In this document: piece by piece, positions 7,076 through 16,735 of the stretch
How positions within the stretch are numbered: position 1 is the first letter of the stretch
Layout of the letters: each line of letters starts with the position of its first letter
Virus record (IMG/VR): IMGVR_UViG_3300042402_003259
Span: 18,640 to 82,639 of that record
Reading direction: 5' to 3' (one strand)
Source: a virus
DNA length: 64,000 nucleotides
Notes under the pieces: generated by a model
Told to the model about the DNA's origin: nothing
Database searches by the model: none
The model's input: the letters and a program-made list of their open reading frames with translations, nothing else
Program-made: the position numbers and the translations under genes

Positions 7076-7744
7076 TTAGATCCACAAAATATCCATGTGT
7101 TCTACAAATAATTGTAAACCTTGTGTCTTACGTTCGTTGTATTGCTCGCATTTCTTCATGTATTCATCCCAAGCTACTTTTTCTTCAATAGTTTTTTCTC
7201 TATTAAAGTAGTTTTTATCTTTAAGATCCCATTTAGTTGATGACTCTGGAAAAGGTAAATACTTATCAGGATCAATAATATAATCAAAAGCAAAAATAAT
7301 TTCATCCATGATGCGATCAATTTCTTTTTCAGCGATTTTTTCTGCTTTTCGCTGATCTTCTTCTGACAAAGAAGTATAGTCGTTAGGCAAAAATTTCATT
7401 GGAATACCCATTTTGCCTATCTTCTTGAGATATTGCAGACGAGGAACAATAAATTTAGCAATATTAGTTTCTAAAGAAAAAACATCATCATCAGAAACTC
7501 CATAACGAAACTTCTGATACTTACACTTTGCCCACCAACGCAATTCACACCAATTATGTTTGAAGCCCCATCCAAGTCGATAAGGCAGAAGATCAATAAG
7601 TTTGTCTACATATTTATTATATGTATAATAATTATTATCTTCTGGAAACAACTTATTTAATTCAGCTTCTTGATCATGCCAATGTTTAAGGCGTTTTTCT
7701 TTTTGTTCTGGCGTTTCGAAATCAAATTCAGTTTGATAGCTCAT
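7076..7744 (-). CDS. Conserved phage hypothetical
   Basis: I.PRL..K..G.P, MDEIIFAF, GLQLF pattern. Confidence 0.65.
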   Translation of the reverse strand: MSYQTEFDFETPEQKEKRLKHWHDQEAELNKLFPEDNNYYTYNKYVDKLIDLLPYRLGWGFKHNWCELRWWAKCKYQKFRYGVSDDDVFSLETNIAKFIVPRLQYLKKIGKMGIPMKFLPNDYTSLSEEDQRKAEKIAEKEIDRIMDEIIFAFDYIIDPDKYLPFPESSTKWDLKDKNYFNREKTIEEKVAWDEYMKKCEQYNERKTQGLQLFVEHMDILWI

Positions 7745-8124
7745 AGTGTTTTATTATAGTTTTCTATATAAGATTCAATATTCTTTTTACCAACAGGATT
7801 CATGCTATGCACGACATAAGGTGGATGTTTGATATTCTTTTCAAAAAAACAATAAGCTACCAACCATTTGGCGCAATCATATCCAGTCTTTTCTTTATAA
7901 GAATCATAAGGAATATCATCGTTATTTAATCCATGCCCATAATGAGAATCTGCTAGATCGTGATCGTAGCAGACGAACTTGGGAACTCCTCTAAGAGTTA
8001 TTAAGTCTACAAATTCCTTGTAGTTTCGTACAACAGAATAATGTTGATCGATTGGTACATTAGCCCAAGTTACATCGGTTGGGATGCGAATGTCATCAAG
8101 GAATAAATTATATTTACTTATCAT
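7741..8124 (-). CDS. Cyclic-phosphate-processing receiver (cREC)-like protein
   Basis: LFLDDIR, YDHDL, TGYDCAKW, VHSMNPVG motifs. Confidence 0.75.
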   Translation of the reverse strand: MISKYNLFLDDIRIPTDVTWANVPIDQHYSVVRNYKEFVDLITLRGVPKFVCYDHDLADSHYGHGLNNDDIPYDSYKEKTGYDCAKWLVAYCFFEKNIKHPPYVVHSMNPVGKKNIESYIENYNKTL

Positions 8125-8810
8125 AGTTCGAATGCGGCGATTGTATGCTCAAAAGGATTACCTTCAATATTCTTTACTAGACGCAACATCTCGGCGGCAA
8201 TTTCTCTAATCTCTTTTTGAGCGTCAGGCTTGTTACGCAAACTCAAGAAATGATAGAAAGAACGCCAATTAAACATAACATCAGCCTGAATTTGAGAGTT
8301 ATAAGTCTTGAAATAACGAGCAGATTCCTTGGCTCGCTTGCGACCAAGCACAGGCTCAAGATCCTTCAGAGCGGCATGATATAATCTGTTGCCAGCTTGC
8401 GTATACATTTCTAACACATCGGCCCAATTTTTGCCGGGAAAATTAAGTTGACTATTTACGTCAAGATTATTCGTGACTTCAATATTTTTCCAATCATCAG
8501 GAATCAAATACTTATCTTCTTTAATTTCTTTATAACGAGCGGATTCGCCATTAACAGATGTTCCAACTCGGTGTTTTATAATATGAATGTGACTAGCAAT
8601 ATCTGTATCAACTAAGAAGTGAAGAGAAGATTTTTCAAAAGGTGTGTGATGACCTGCATCAGCGAGCATTTTAAGAAGTTTAGGAATTCTATTAATCTTA
8701 TCTTCATTTAAATCTCTACTTGTAGAAGTCCAAGCTGAACAAGCATGAACTTGATCGCTACCGTAATAGCCAATTAACTGTACTTTATTATCATTCTTAT
8801 CGTTAATCAT
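8121..8810 (-). CDS. thyX: FAD-dependent thymidylate synthase
   Basis: GHHTPFE, KHR..SVNGESARY, ESAR, AQKEIR. Confidence 0.92.
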   Translation of the reverse strand: MINDKNDNKVQLIGYYGSDQVHACSAWTSTSRDLNEDKINRIPKLLKMLADAGHHTPFEKSSLHFLVDTDIASHIHIIKHRVGTSVNGESARYKEIKEDKYLIPDDWKNIEVTNNLDVNSQLNFPGKNWADVLEMYTQAGNRLYHAALKDLEPVLGRKRAKESARYFKTYNSQIQADVMFNWRSFYHFLSLRNKPDAQKEIREIAAEMLRLVKNIEGNPFEHTIAAFEL

Positions 8811-9604
8811 ATATCTAAAAATTTTTTAATTTCTAACTTACCGTTGCTGATAACTATATACTCATTTAGTCCATTGTCAATACAAAGATTATCGCAATCT
8901 GCTGGATTCAGATTGCCATCTAAATGATGAGGATTAACTCTACCATTTTTATGATAAGTGTGACCAACGATTTGTTTTAATCCTTCAATAGGCTGAAACT
9001 CTTGTTTGAAATCTAACCAAACAATTCCTCCACCTTTCTTAGGACCACCTCGGCTTCGGCCAGCAAAATAAAACCAATGATTTTGATCTGTCATTAAAGC
9101 AATGTTTGCGCGTTCTACTTCTTTCACAAGAAATAAACTGAGATCATCGTTATTTTTAACAGATGGATCTATGTAATCAGGAAATAATCCTGCATGAGTG
9201 CAAAGGATACCATCAACCCAAAAACGCCATTTAAATTTGTTAATGATGTTTTTGCGTTCAGATCCTAGCATTTCATCGATGGCAAAATACTTTCTATCTT
9301 CATAACCGCTACACATCGTATAATGATTATTAAATAGATAATGCAAATCATGATTACCAAAAAGAGTATAGTTATTTGGCGCAGATAGATATCGCATCAA
9401 ATAATCAGCGGTCTTTTTATAATCATCATTGTCATCCAAATAAAAACTATCAAACCAATCGCCAAGACAAATATTTATGTCCGCCGATTCGTGCTGAATA
9501 ATCTTATTGAACTTCTCAACGTTATTGTGAAGATCAGAAAGTATTACTATTTTCTTTTTGTGACTATCGAATGTCATTTCTAAATTGTGTTTTAAAAGGA
9601 TCAA
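8807..9604 (-). CDS. Calcineurin-like metallophosphoesterase
   Basis: SDLH, LGDWFD, GNHD, THAG, VGHT. Confidence 0.9.
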   Translation of the reverse strand: MILLKHNLEMTFDSHKKKIVILSDLHNNVEKFNKIIQHESADINICLGDWFDSFYLDDNDDYKKTADYLMRYLSAPNNYTLFGNHDLHYLFNNHYTMCSGYEDRKYFAIDEMLGSERKNIINKFKWRFWVDGILCTHAGLFPDYIDPSVKNNDDLSLFLVKEVERANIALMTDQNHWFYFAGRSRGGPKKGGGIVWLDFKQEFQPIEGLKQIVGHTYHKNGRVNPHHLDGNLNPADCDNLCIDNGLNEYIVISNGKLEIKKFLDI

Positions 9605-9941
9605 TCGTTGGTTTGCTGATCATGATTCTTGTATCAGTTTCGTTTTCTTTAACTTCTAACCATTTGACTTCAAAGTCGCCTTTTTCATTTCCACTCATTT
9701 CTAGCGTTCGATCATTAACATGAAAAATAATACCGTGGACATGGAGCTTAGTAATGGGCATACTAGTTCCTAATCCAACGTTATCTGATCCTCCAATACC
9801 AAGATTGCCATTATTAAGTGAAAAATCTTTTGACGGTTGAATATTCTCTTCTGCTTTGATTAGAGATGGAGTCGCTGCTGCCGCTACAAAACCGCCAAAT
9901 ATAGATTTAAAGAATCCCTTACGAGTAAATTTCATACTCAT
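9564..9941 (-). CDS. Exported protein with Tat-like signal and fibre-type beta repeat
   Basis: TRKGFFK..AAAATPSLIKA signal; NGNLGIG/NVGLGT..P..KLHVHG repeat. Confidence 0.55.
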   Translation of the reverse strand: MSMKFTRKGFFKSIFGGFVAAAATPSLIKAEENIQPSKDFSLNNGNLGIGGSDNVGLGTSMPITKLHVHGIIFHVNDRTLEMSGNEKGDFEVKWLEVKENETDTRIMISKPTIDPFKTQFRNDIR

Positions 9942-9952
9942 ATAATATAACT

Positions 9953-10369
9953 TTACTTGTCGTAGTCTATTTTTCCAATGACATTTATGCGAAAAGTATT
10001 AGTTACTTTTCCATCATTTGAGCTAGTGACAATGTAGCTTTCTTCTATCGTGCCGTCAAGAAAAAAAACGATTTTTGTTGCAGATGTTTCTATTATTTTT
10101 AAATCGTTAGTTATTGCGGCGAGTTCATCTGGATTTTCTATAGAGTTTATAGTATAATCTTCAGAAAAAGATAGCTCAGATTGTTTTTGATGATATGCTG
10201 CTTGATGACGTTTATTTATTAGAAAGGTTTTTAAATTCTCTCTAGCTTCCTGATATCTATTAGCGTTAAAAGAATCAAAGTTAATAACAAGAGCGGCGAT
10301 CAATGATAATAATATCACTGTCGCCAATACTATCTCTATAAGAGTAAATCCTTTAGATTTACCAGTCAT
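9953..10369 (-). CDS. Prepilin/pseudopilin-like protein (type IV N-methylation motif)
   Basis: MTGKSKG^FTLIEIVLATVILLSLIAALV class III signal with Glu at +5; GspH/FimT-like C-terminus (IVFFLDG). Confidence 0.85.
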   Translation of the reverse strand: MTGKSKGFTLIEIVLATVILLSLIAALVINFDSFNANRYQEARENLKTFLINKRHQAAYHQKQSELSFSEDYTINSIENPDELAAITNDLKIIETSATKIVFFLDGTIEESYIVTSSNDGKVTNTFRINVIGKIDYDK

Positions 10370-10646
10370 TGGAATTTGGTAATTGCTCTAATTCTTTTTC
10401 TCTTTCGATTGCTCGTTTAATTATCTTCTTTAAAGTGTGCAATGCTTCTTCATAAGTATCGCACTTTGCTTCAATATCATCAGTTATGTTTCCATAGTGT
10501 CGAACAAAGTATTTTGGCGATAAGCCATAAGACCAAACTGATTCTATATACCAGTGACAGTCACGATCTTTATGAATTCCCTCGCAGACAAGTTCGTTCC
10601 ATTCTTCAGTTAATTTAAGTATATCTTTTTGTATGTCGTCAGTCAT
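10359..10646 (-). CDS. Hypothetical protein
   Basis: Operonic ORF. Confidence 0.6.
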   Translation of the reverse strand: MTDDIQKDILKLTEEWNELVCEGIHKDRDCHWYIESVWSYGLSPKYFVRHYGNITDDIEAKCDTYEEALHTLKKIIKRAIEREKELEQLPNSNDW

Positions 10647-10860
10647 GGATGTTTATGCGTCGAATGTTAATTTCTTCATATAAAAGAGTGCGAATAGCTT
10701 CGATAGCTTCATCTGCTGTTTTAAAATCGTGTCCAAATTTATGATAGCTTCGTAGTCTATCTTCAAAATGACAAATAGCAGAAAACATATCAATAGCTTG
10801 ATTAGCTATTTCAAATCGTTTTTGATCTTCGGGCAAATTAAATTCTAATATAGCTTTCAT
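10639..10860 (-). CDS. Conserved phage hypothetical (MKAILEFNLPED family)
   Basis: Recognisable N-terminal motif. Confidence 0.65.
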   Translation of the reverse strand: MKAILEFNLPEDQKRFEIANQAIDMFSAICHFEDRLRSYHKFGHDFKTADEAIEAIRTLLYEEINIRRINIHD

Positions 10861-11396
10861 ATTCTTGAAAAGTTTTCGCTTAAACTTTTTCCTTTTAGAT
10901 CTCTTTGTTTCACAGCTTCTTCTACAGAATCAAATGTTCCTAAATAATATCTTTTATTATTTATTTTAAACATACAATAAAACTTGTTATTTTTCTTATA
11001 AATATTTGAAAAACCACTTTTGTTTTGTCTTTTATTTTTTCGATTCTGTAGATTTTCTGAAAAAGTTACAAGCCTTAAATTATCAGGATTATTATTATAT
11101 TTATTTCCATCTATATGGTCAATAATCTTGTCGTCAAACTGTGTTGTATTATTATGTATTGCAAATATTATGTTGTGAACCCTAAATTTTTGATTATTGA
11201 TTTCTACTTTATAATATTTATCTTTATTTCCAGCAACTTTGCCAGCAAATTGTGGATTCCAAGTTTTATAAATATTTTCAGATTTAAAATGTGATCTAGG
11301 TCTTTCTTTTTTCCATCTCAAATAAGAAGGGCTTGAAGGATCTATGATAAAACATTCATTCAAATACTCTATCGATGGTAATTCATTTATTTTCAT
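10857..11396 (-). CDS. HNH homing endonuclease with AP2-like domain
   Basis: IDHIDGNKYNN..NLR..N; YYLGTFDSVEEA. Confidence 0.88.
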   Translation of the reverse strand: MKINELPSIEYLNECFIIDPSSPSYLRWKKERPRSHFKSENIYKTWNPQFAGKVAGNKDKYYKVEINNQKFRVHNIIFAIHNNTTQFDDKIIDHIDGNKYNNNPDNLRLVTFSENLQNRKNKRQNKSGFSNIYKKNNKFYCMFKINNKRYYLGTFDSVEEAVKQRDLKGKSLSENFSRI

Positions 11397-12054
11397 ACTT
11401 TAAAAGCTGTTCACCAATATATTTAGTATAAGCAGGCGGAATAGCTTCTGTCAATTCCCATCCTCGCTTAGGCCAATGCATATCCATAACCTTGCGCCAA
11501 ACGTCGATTGAACCTTTGCGGCGACTCTTGCCGGTAACACTCATGTCGCGATAATCAATACCATTCTCTTCGGCATATTTTTTAGAATATCCACGTTTAG
11601 TGATATTTTTTAATGGCGCAACTGGAAAGTTGCATTCAAAATATCTTGCTCGTTCAATTGGCATACCAAACATATAACCAGTTAATCTAAACGGTTCTAT
11701 GAGATATTCTTTTGCACCGGCAACATTTTCAATAATATAATACTTTTTAGTCTCAATAAGTGCTTGGCGAACTGGCTCAATTAGTTTTGGCGTGTCTTTG
11801 CCTTGAGAATAATGAACATAAATTGAATCAGGCTTGGTAGCTTTGCTGTATCCCTGACAAGGAGGTGATGCATGAATAACGTCAAATGAATTAAGAAAAT
11901 CTTTATCTTTCAAGATTTCAATGACATCACCCTTAATAAATTTAAAAGGATAACTAGGCTGATCTTTAATATCAACTCCAGTTACTTCAAATCCCGCACG
12001 ATGATAGCCCATGCTTGCACCGCCAGCGCAACAAAATAAATCAAGTAATTTCAT
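11383..12054 (-). CDS. DNA (cytosine-5)-methyltransferase
   Basis: LLDLFCCAGG, SPPCQ, IENV motifs. Confidence 0.88.
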   Translation of the reverse strand: MKLLDLFCCAGGASMGYHRAGFEVTGVDIKDQPSYPFKFIKGDVIEILKDKDFLNSFDVIHASPPCQGYSKATKPDSIYVHYSQGKDTPKLIEPVRQALIETKKYYIIENVAGAKEYLIEPFRLTGYMFGMPIERARYFECNFPVAPLKNITKRGYSKKYAEENGIDYRDMSVTGKSRRKGSIDVWRKVMDMHWPKRGWELTEAIPPAYTKYIGEQLLKYENK

Positions 12055-12098
12055 ATCGTTTCAAAACCAACTTATCGCATAGAAGGCATCAGGTCAAG

Positions 12099-12129
12099 AA
12101 AAACCCTCCAATTACGGAGGGTTTATTTT
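12099..12129. terminator. Intrinsic terminator
   Basis: AACCCTCC-aattac-GGAGGGTT hairpin with flanking A/T runs. Confidence 0.7.
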
Positions 12130-12501
12130 TTATTTAAATTTTTTAAATCCAAGAAGAATCGCAGATTGAGTAGACAGCGTTTTATACCATCCATTCTTTT
12201 CGTATGTAGAACCTTTTCCGCCAGTGACTTCGCAAGTCTGAGAAGAAAGTTTTGAATACTTTTCAATCATAGCGTGGGTAACTTCATTTCCGCCACTTGA
12301 ATAAAAACGAAGTCCTGCAAACTTTTCTTTAACTTGAAGTGCGACAACTTGTTCACAACCAGAATTATTAATTTCATGTTGTACGTCTTTGCAAAGATTA
12401 AAGATGATATCAAACCATCCATCGTCACATTCAAAATAAAAATCCTCTTTAAAAATAGAGGGAAATCTATTAACGAGTTTTTCAGTATTTTTATCAGTCA
12501 T
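12130..12501 (-). CDS. Conserved phage hypothetical (QVKEKFGxLRFY family)
   Basis: ECDDGW, QVKEKFAGLRFY, TCEVTG, GWYKTL. Confidence 0.75.
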   Translation of the reverse strand: MTDKNTEKLVNRFPSIFKEDFYFECDDGWFDIIFNLCKDVQHEINNSGCEQVVALQVKEKFAGLRFYSSGGNEVTHAMIEKYSKLSSQTCEVTGGKGSTYEKNGWYKTLSTQSAILLGFKKFK

Positions 12502-12633
12502 GATTTCTATCGTTTTGGTTTAAATCGAAAGGGCTATCGTCTTGTTCTTCAATTTCTCCGAGGCAATCTACACAAACAGAACAATAATTAAGATCTTCTA
12601 AGAAAGCGGTTTTTTTGCCGCAGTAATCGCAGT

Positions 12634-12840
12634 TCATTGATTTGCTAATTTAAAAATATCATCAAGAGTTTCTTTAACTCTAATACCATTATTATTCCAA
12701 CGAGTAATAATTATACTATGCTTTTTACTCGGACTCGGCTCAATACTTACTACAGTATCAAGATTAAAAAGAATAGGAGTATAAGTCATGCTGTTGTCGT
12801 GATGCAAATCTAGTTGATTCAATTTTACAAAGTGTGCCAT
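12634..12840 (-). CDS. Small hypothetical, FlbD-like
   Basis: FVKL..ILFNLDTVVSIE..VKETLDDI pattern. Confidence 0.5.
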   Translation of the reverse strand: MAHFVKLNQLDLHHDNSMTYTPILFNLDTVVSIEPSPSKKHSIIITRWNNNGIRVKETLDDIFKLANQ

Positions 12841-12886
12841 ATAAATAAAAGCGGTTTTAAGGGTTACCGCAAACCTTTTGTCCTAC

Positions 12887-13081
12887 TTAGTATCGACGGT
12901 TCTCAGGAGCGCGAAATACTTCTTGCTCTTTACTTGAATCACCTTCGACATAGTAAATTACGCCATTTACAGACTTAGCGCACTGCATAGCCCAATCATA
13001 CGCTTGCTTCTTTCCTAGCGCAAGATTATAAGCTGACTGATACGCACCGTCCTTATCTCTAACGATATATCGTTTGTTCAT
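12887..13081 (-). CDS. Hypothetical protein
   Basis: Operonic ORF downstream of rIIB. Confidence 0.55.
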   Translation of the reverse strand: MNKRYIVRDKDGAYQSAYNLALGKKQAYDWAMQCAKSVNGVIYYVEGDSSKEQEVFRAPENRRY

Positions 13082-13082
13082 T

Positions 13083-13343
13083 TTAGGAATTCTTGATTAG
13101 AATGTCGTGAATCAAATGACGAGTCTTATGGTCGAGGATTCGACCTGTCTCATCCTTCGGAAGATCAGTGACAACCTTATCAAAATTAAGCCCAAGAACG
13201 GAACTCATGCACTTAATCTTTCGGTAAATACCAATCTCCTTATACTTTAGAATTGACCACAATGTGTCAACTTGTTCTGGAGTTGCCTTAGTGATGGCAT
13301 TCAACAAGACAACTGGCTCTGTAACTGTAGCTGTTTCACTCAT
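13083..13343 (-). CDS. Hypothetical protein
   Basis: Operonic ORF downstream of rIIB. Confidence 0.6.
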   Translation of the reverse strand: MSETATVTEPVVLLNAITKATPEQVDTLWSILKYKEIGIYRKIKCMSSVLGLNFDKVVTDLPKDETGRILDHKTRHLIHDILIKNS

Positions 13344-13352
13344 GTTATAATA

Positions 13353-14462
13353 TTACTGATCGTCAGACTTTTCACTGATTGTCACAATAGTTACAAGACT
13401 ATTAGACAAAGCAATGTTGTCATCTTCATGAACGGTAAATCCTAGATCCAAACAAATATCCTTGATTTCTTGACAAGTGATATGCGTTCCCTTTAGGCGG
13501 GACTGAATGGACTTGAGGGTAGCAGGTGTTCCACCTTCAACGCGACCCTCAACGTAATTCTTAATGGCAAGAATAGTAGCATCACTATATTCATAGCCTT
13601 CGTTGATATTGCAACCACAACCGTCGAAACAATCATCACTGTCATCATCAACGCTGATTTCTTTATCAGTATTGTAATATGGCTCATTAAGCGGAGCTTC
13701 AGTTTCCTTAACACGCTCGAAAGGAACTTCGCCAATGACCTTATACTTAGAAACGCGAAGTTTCTGGAAGTTGCAATCAGTAGGTACGCTAACTGCATTG
13801 GAAGGATCAAACTCAACCATCATAAGATGACCGTCATTTGCAGCCCAATCCTTTGCATAATCATAGCTGCCGATATGCAAACCATGAGAACAATGATTAT
13901 CCTTGTTATCATCAACACTATTGCGAGCCACTTCAACAGTCTCGCCAATCTTGTTCAAGATGCAGCCGTTTTCATTTACAGTGCCAGTAATAACAATTGT
14001 ATCCTTATTACCACGCTTTGAATAATAATTAGCATCAACACCCTTATATCCAATAACATTGCCAGTTTCAGTCAATGGCAGAGTCTTGTAAGAAAGAAAA
14101 GTGTATAGTTGATCGACACTATTCTTGCTAGGATTGAACATAAGCTTCTCAATAAAATTGAGAATAGGTTGAGCGTCCTTAGCTCCTGAGCGCAAAAACT
14201 CAAGCAGCTTATCAATTACGAAACCCTTCAACTCATGGTTGCCATAATAAACCTTCTCGGAAACAACTTTAATGCTGCCATGAGAGAAGTTTTCGATCTG
14301 CTTCTTAATATCCAGAAAACGAGGAATAGTATCGTATTCTGCATTGATTAGTGCATTTTTCAGTCCAGTATAATTGGGATTGTCGGTATTAAGCGTGTAT
14401 GGCTTACCTTCCCAAATAACCGTGATTGCATTGCTAGTGACAATATATGCTGGCTTGTTCAT
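13353..14462 (-). CDS. rIIB: RIIB lysis-inhibition/anti-exclusion protein
   Basis: NPS..V.QLY.FL, GYKGV, CSHGLHIGS..YA, VSVPTDCN..KLRV; adjacent to rIIA. Confidence 0.88.
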   Translation of the reverse strand: MNKPAYIVTSNAITVIWEGKPYTLNTDNPNYTGLKNALINAEYDTIPRFLDIKKQIENFSHGSIKVVSEKVYYGNHELKGFVIDKLLEFLRSGAKDAQPILNFIEKLMFNPSKNSVDQLYTFLSYKTLPLTETGNVIGYKGVDANYYSKRGNKDTIVITGTVNENGCILNKIGETVEVARNSVDDNKDNHCSHGLHIGSYDYAKDWAANDGHLMMVEFDPSNAVSVPTDCNFQKLRVSKYKVIGEVPFERVKETEAPLNEPYYNTDKEISVDDDSDDCFDGCGCNINEGYEYSDATILAIKNYVEGRVEGGTPATLKSIQSRLKGTHITCQEIKDICLDLGFTVHEDDNIALSNSLVTIVTISEKSDDQ

Positions 14463-14499
14463 AATATTTTTTACACCTTTATTCTTCGACTATGCTAAC

Positions 14500-16698
14500 T
14501 CAAATTTCTGAAAAGTCAACAGAATTCTGTTGATTCATGAAGGAAATATATTCCTTAAATTTTACTTCATTTTTGATGCGATCACTATTGTACATGTCGG
14601 CATGAATTTCAAGCATTGGATAATTTTTATAAATTTCTTCGGTTGCTTGTTTTAGATATTTTCCGCAGATAGAAACTGGAGTTTCATTGTCGTGAGACAT
14701 GTTAATTTTAAGAATTTCTAACGCATTCCGCCATTTTTTAATAAAATCTGCAAATTCAAGCGCACCTGCTTTCTTAAGATTTTCTGAACAAAATTTCAGC
14801 TTGTAATCGTATTGCTGATAAGTGATAATGTCTCCAATCATAGAAACGAAATCCATAATATTATACCCACCATCAGTCTTGCAAGAAATATATTCAAGAA
14901 TCAACGACTTAACTTCATCAGAACAAGCATTCCATTTATCTTGGATATACTTAATAATATCAACGAAATCAGCGCGATTTTTAAATTTAACAGTTGCGGC
15001 TACATTATTTGATACTGCATAAATACCAACATTAAATAGCTTACCTACTTCACTAAAAAAGTAGCTATTAAGTTTATTCTTTTCCTGATGAAAATGTAAA
15101 TAGTTATTAACTGGTTTGCCATTAGAAACAGGAAAATAAAGCTTAGTAATAGAACTATCATTAATTTCTTTAGCAAAAACACTTGAACACCGAAAATAAC
15201 AACTCTCAACCTTATAAAAATAATTAGCAGTATATGAACTAGTAGAACCTTTTTTAGTAGAAGGAAGCTTTACTGGAGTCAATTCACTAAGATTACAGTA
15301 ACCAGACTTGACAAGATCAAATCGATTAACCTCTTTAAACTTGTCAACACCATTAAGAGTAGCGGAACTAATGATTGATTGATCGTGAGCAACAACGACT
15401 ACGTTTTTATATTTTTTAACTAATTCGTAAACGCGAGGAACGACCTTCGTATTGTCTGGCAAATCATGAAATACAATATAAGTATCTTTATCATTGCCAA
15501 CAGTATAACATTTAGCAACAGCTACACGATCACCAGATACGCAATAATTCTTAGCATAAACAGGAATCCTGATCATTTCATCATTCTCTTCGTAACTAGA
15601 ACGATTGAAATTCCAAGTAATAATTTTATAGCCCTTGAAAACAAATTGATTTTGAAGTTGATCAAAAACGTTACGGGGAAACGTCTGGCTAATGTCTTTA
15701 TAGTAAGACATAGCATCACGCAAACAATCAAATTGCGCGATCTTATTCTTAATTGAATCCGTAAACTCTTTACAGAAAGCTTGATAACGAGACTTCAAAT
15801 AAGTCTTAGTAGTCTTGTTATACTCAAGCGTTTCGCGTGAGTGATGCAGCGAAACAGATCCAATATCAGCAATAAAAACAAGCTTATTAAGAAACTTAGT
15901 CCATGAAATTAGTCCAGCGTAATCATCGTCACTCTTGAAATCAACAAGTTCAGGATTGATAGGATAATAAATGCCGCCCATTACAATACCCTGCTCACCA
16001 ACTGAATAATGATTATAACCATTAAAAGATTTGCGAATTTGCCAATTAGTACCAGAAGCGACAATCTCAGGCTTTGCAATTTCAACTTGCAAATTCAAGA
16101 AGTGAGGCTGAACTTCAAAATTACTAAAGAATGAAGAAATTTCCTGATTGAACTTGTTGATATCGCCGCTCGAAACACCTACAGAAATACAAATACCATT
16201 TGCTTCCAAGGTAGGCTCACAAAATATCTCGTCAATCTTAGTGTCATTCTCTTCTGAGATATAAAGACTATAAATAGACTTGATACCTTCGTGATAAGAA
16301 GTAACAGTGAAACTGTCTTTGTAAGAAAGAGGAGCGAAGCGTCCAATCCCATATCCGCCGATCAGAGAATTTGAATTTCGTTTTGTAGACTTACCAAATT
16401 TGCTATATAGATTAAAAATCTGATCGCGACTCAAACCAGCACCAAAATCACGAACAAAGAAAGTTTGGTCAAGAAAAGTTGGTGATTTAATTTGGATGGA
16501 TTCAGTAGACAATCCAGATTCTTTATTAGCGTCAGCAGCGTTTGCGTAAACCTCGCGAATAGTAGCGAGTATAGTATTCGAATAATTATTCCGAAGAAGC
16601 GAGGAAATGTACCTCATATCTTCGGGATCAATCGAACAATTTACGGTGGGAAAATCGTGCGAGGTAGCAACGATTCGATCAGCAACAAGGATTTCCAT
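14500..16698 (-). CDS. rIIA: RIIA protein (N-terminal GHKL ATPase)
   Basis: IREVYANAAD, VRDFGAGL, STKR..IGGYGIG. Confidence 0.88.
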   Translation of the reverse strand: MEILVADRIVATSHDFPTVNCSIDPEDMRYISSLLRNNYSNTILATIREVYANAADANKESGLSTESIQIKSPTFLDQTFFVRDFGAGLSRDQIFNLYSKFGKSTKRNSNSLIGGYGIGRFAPLSYKDSFTVTSYHEGIKSIYSLYISEENDTKIDEIFCEPTLEANGICISVGVSSGDINKFNQEISSFFSNFEVQPHFLNLQVEIAKPEIVASGTNWQIRKSFNGYNHYSVGEQGIVMGGIYYPINPELVDFKSDDDYAGLISWTKFLNKLVFIADIGSVSLHHSRETLEYNKTTKTYLKSRYQAFCKEFTDSIKNKIAQFDCLRDAMSYYKDISQTFPRNVFDQLQNQFVFKGYKIITWNFNRSSYEENDEMIRIPVYAKNYCVSGDRVAVAKCYTVGNDKDTYIVFHDLPDNTKVVPRVYELVKKYKNVVVVAHDQSIISSATLNGVDKFKEVNRFDLVKSGYCNLSELTPVKLPSTKKGSTSSYTANYFYKVESCYFRCSSVFAKEINDSSITKLYFPVSNGKPVNNYLHFHQEKNKLNSYFFSEVGKLFNVGIYAVSNNVAATVKFKNRADFVDIIKYIQDKWNACSDEVKSLILEYISCKTDGGYNIMDFVSMIGDIITYQQYDYKLKFCSENLKKAGALEFADFIKKWRNALEILKINMSHDNETPVSICGKYLKQATEEIYKNYPMLEIHADMYNSDRIKNEVKFKEYISFMNQQNSVDFSEI

Positions 16699-16706
16699 AC
16701 GCGAAG

Positions 16707-16735
16707 ACTCTAGGCGATTTCGTGCATACTGTCAA
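16707..16735 (-). promoter_or_regulatory. sigma70-like promoter 8 nt upstream of rIIA ATG
   Basis: TTGACA-17-TAGAGT-8-ATG. Confidence 0.7.

Noticed and set aside
10857-12054. Methylase plus HNH as a restriction-modification pair
   Set aside because: The HNH-AP2 architecture is that of a mobile homing endonuclease; the methylase is more simply an orphan
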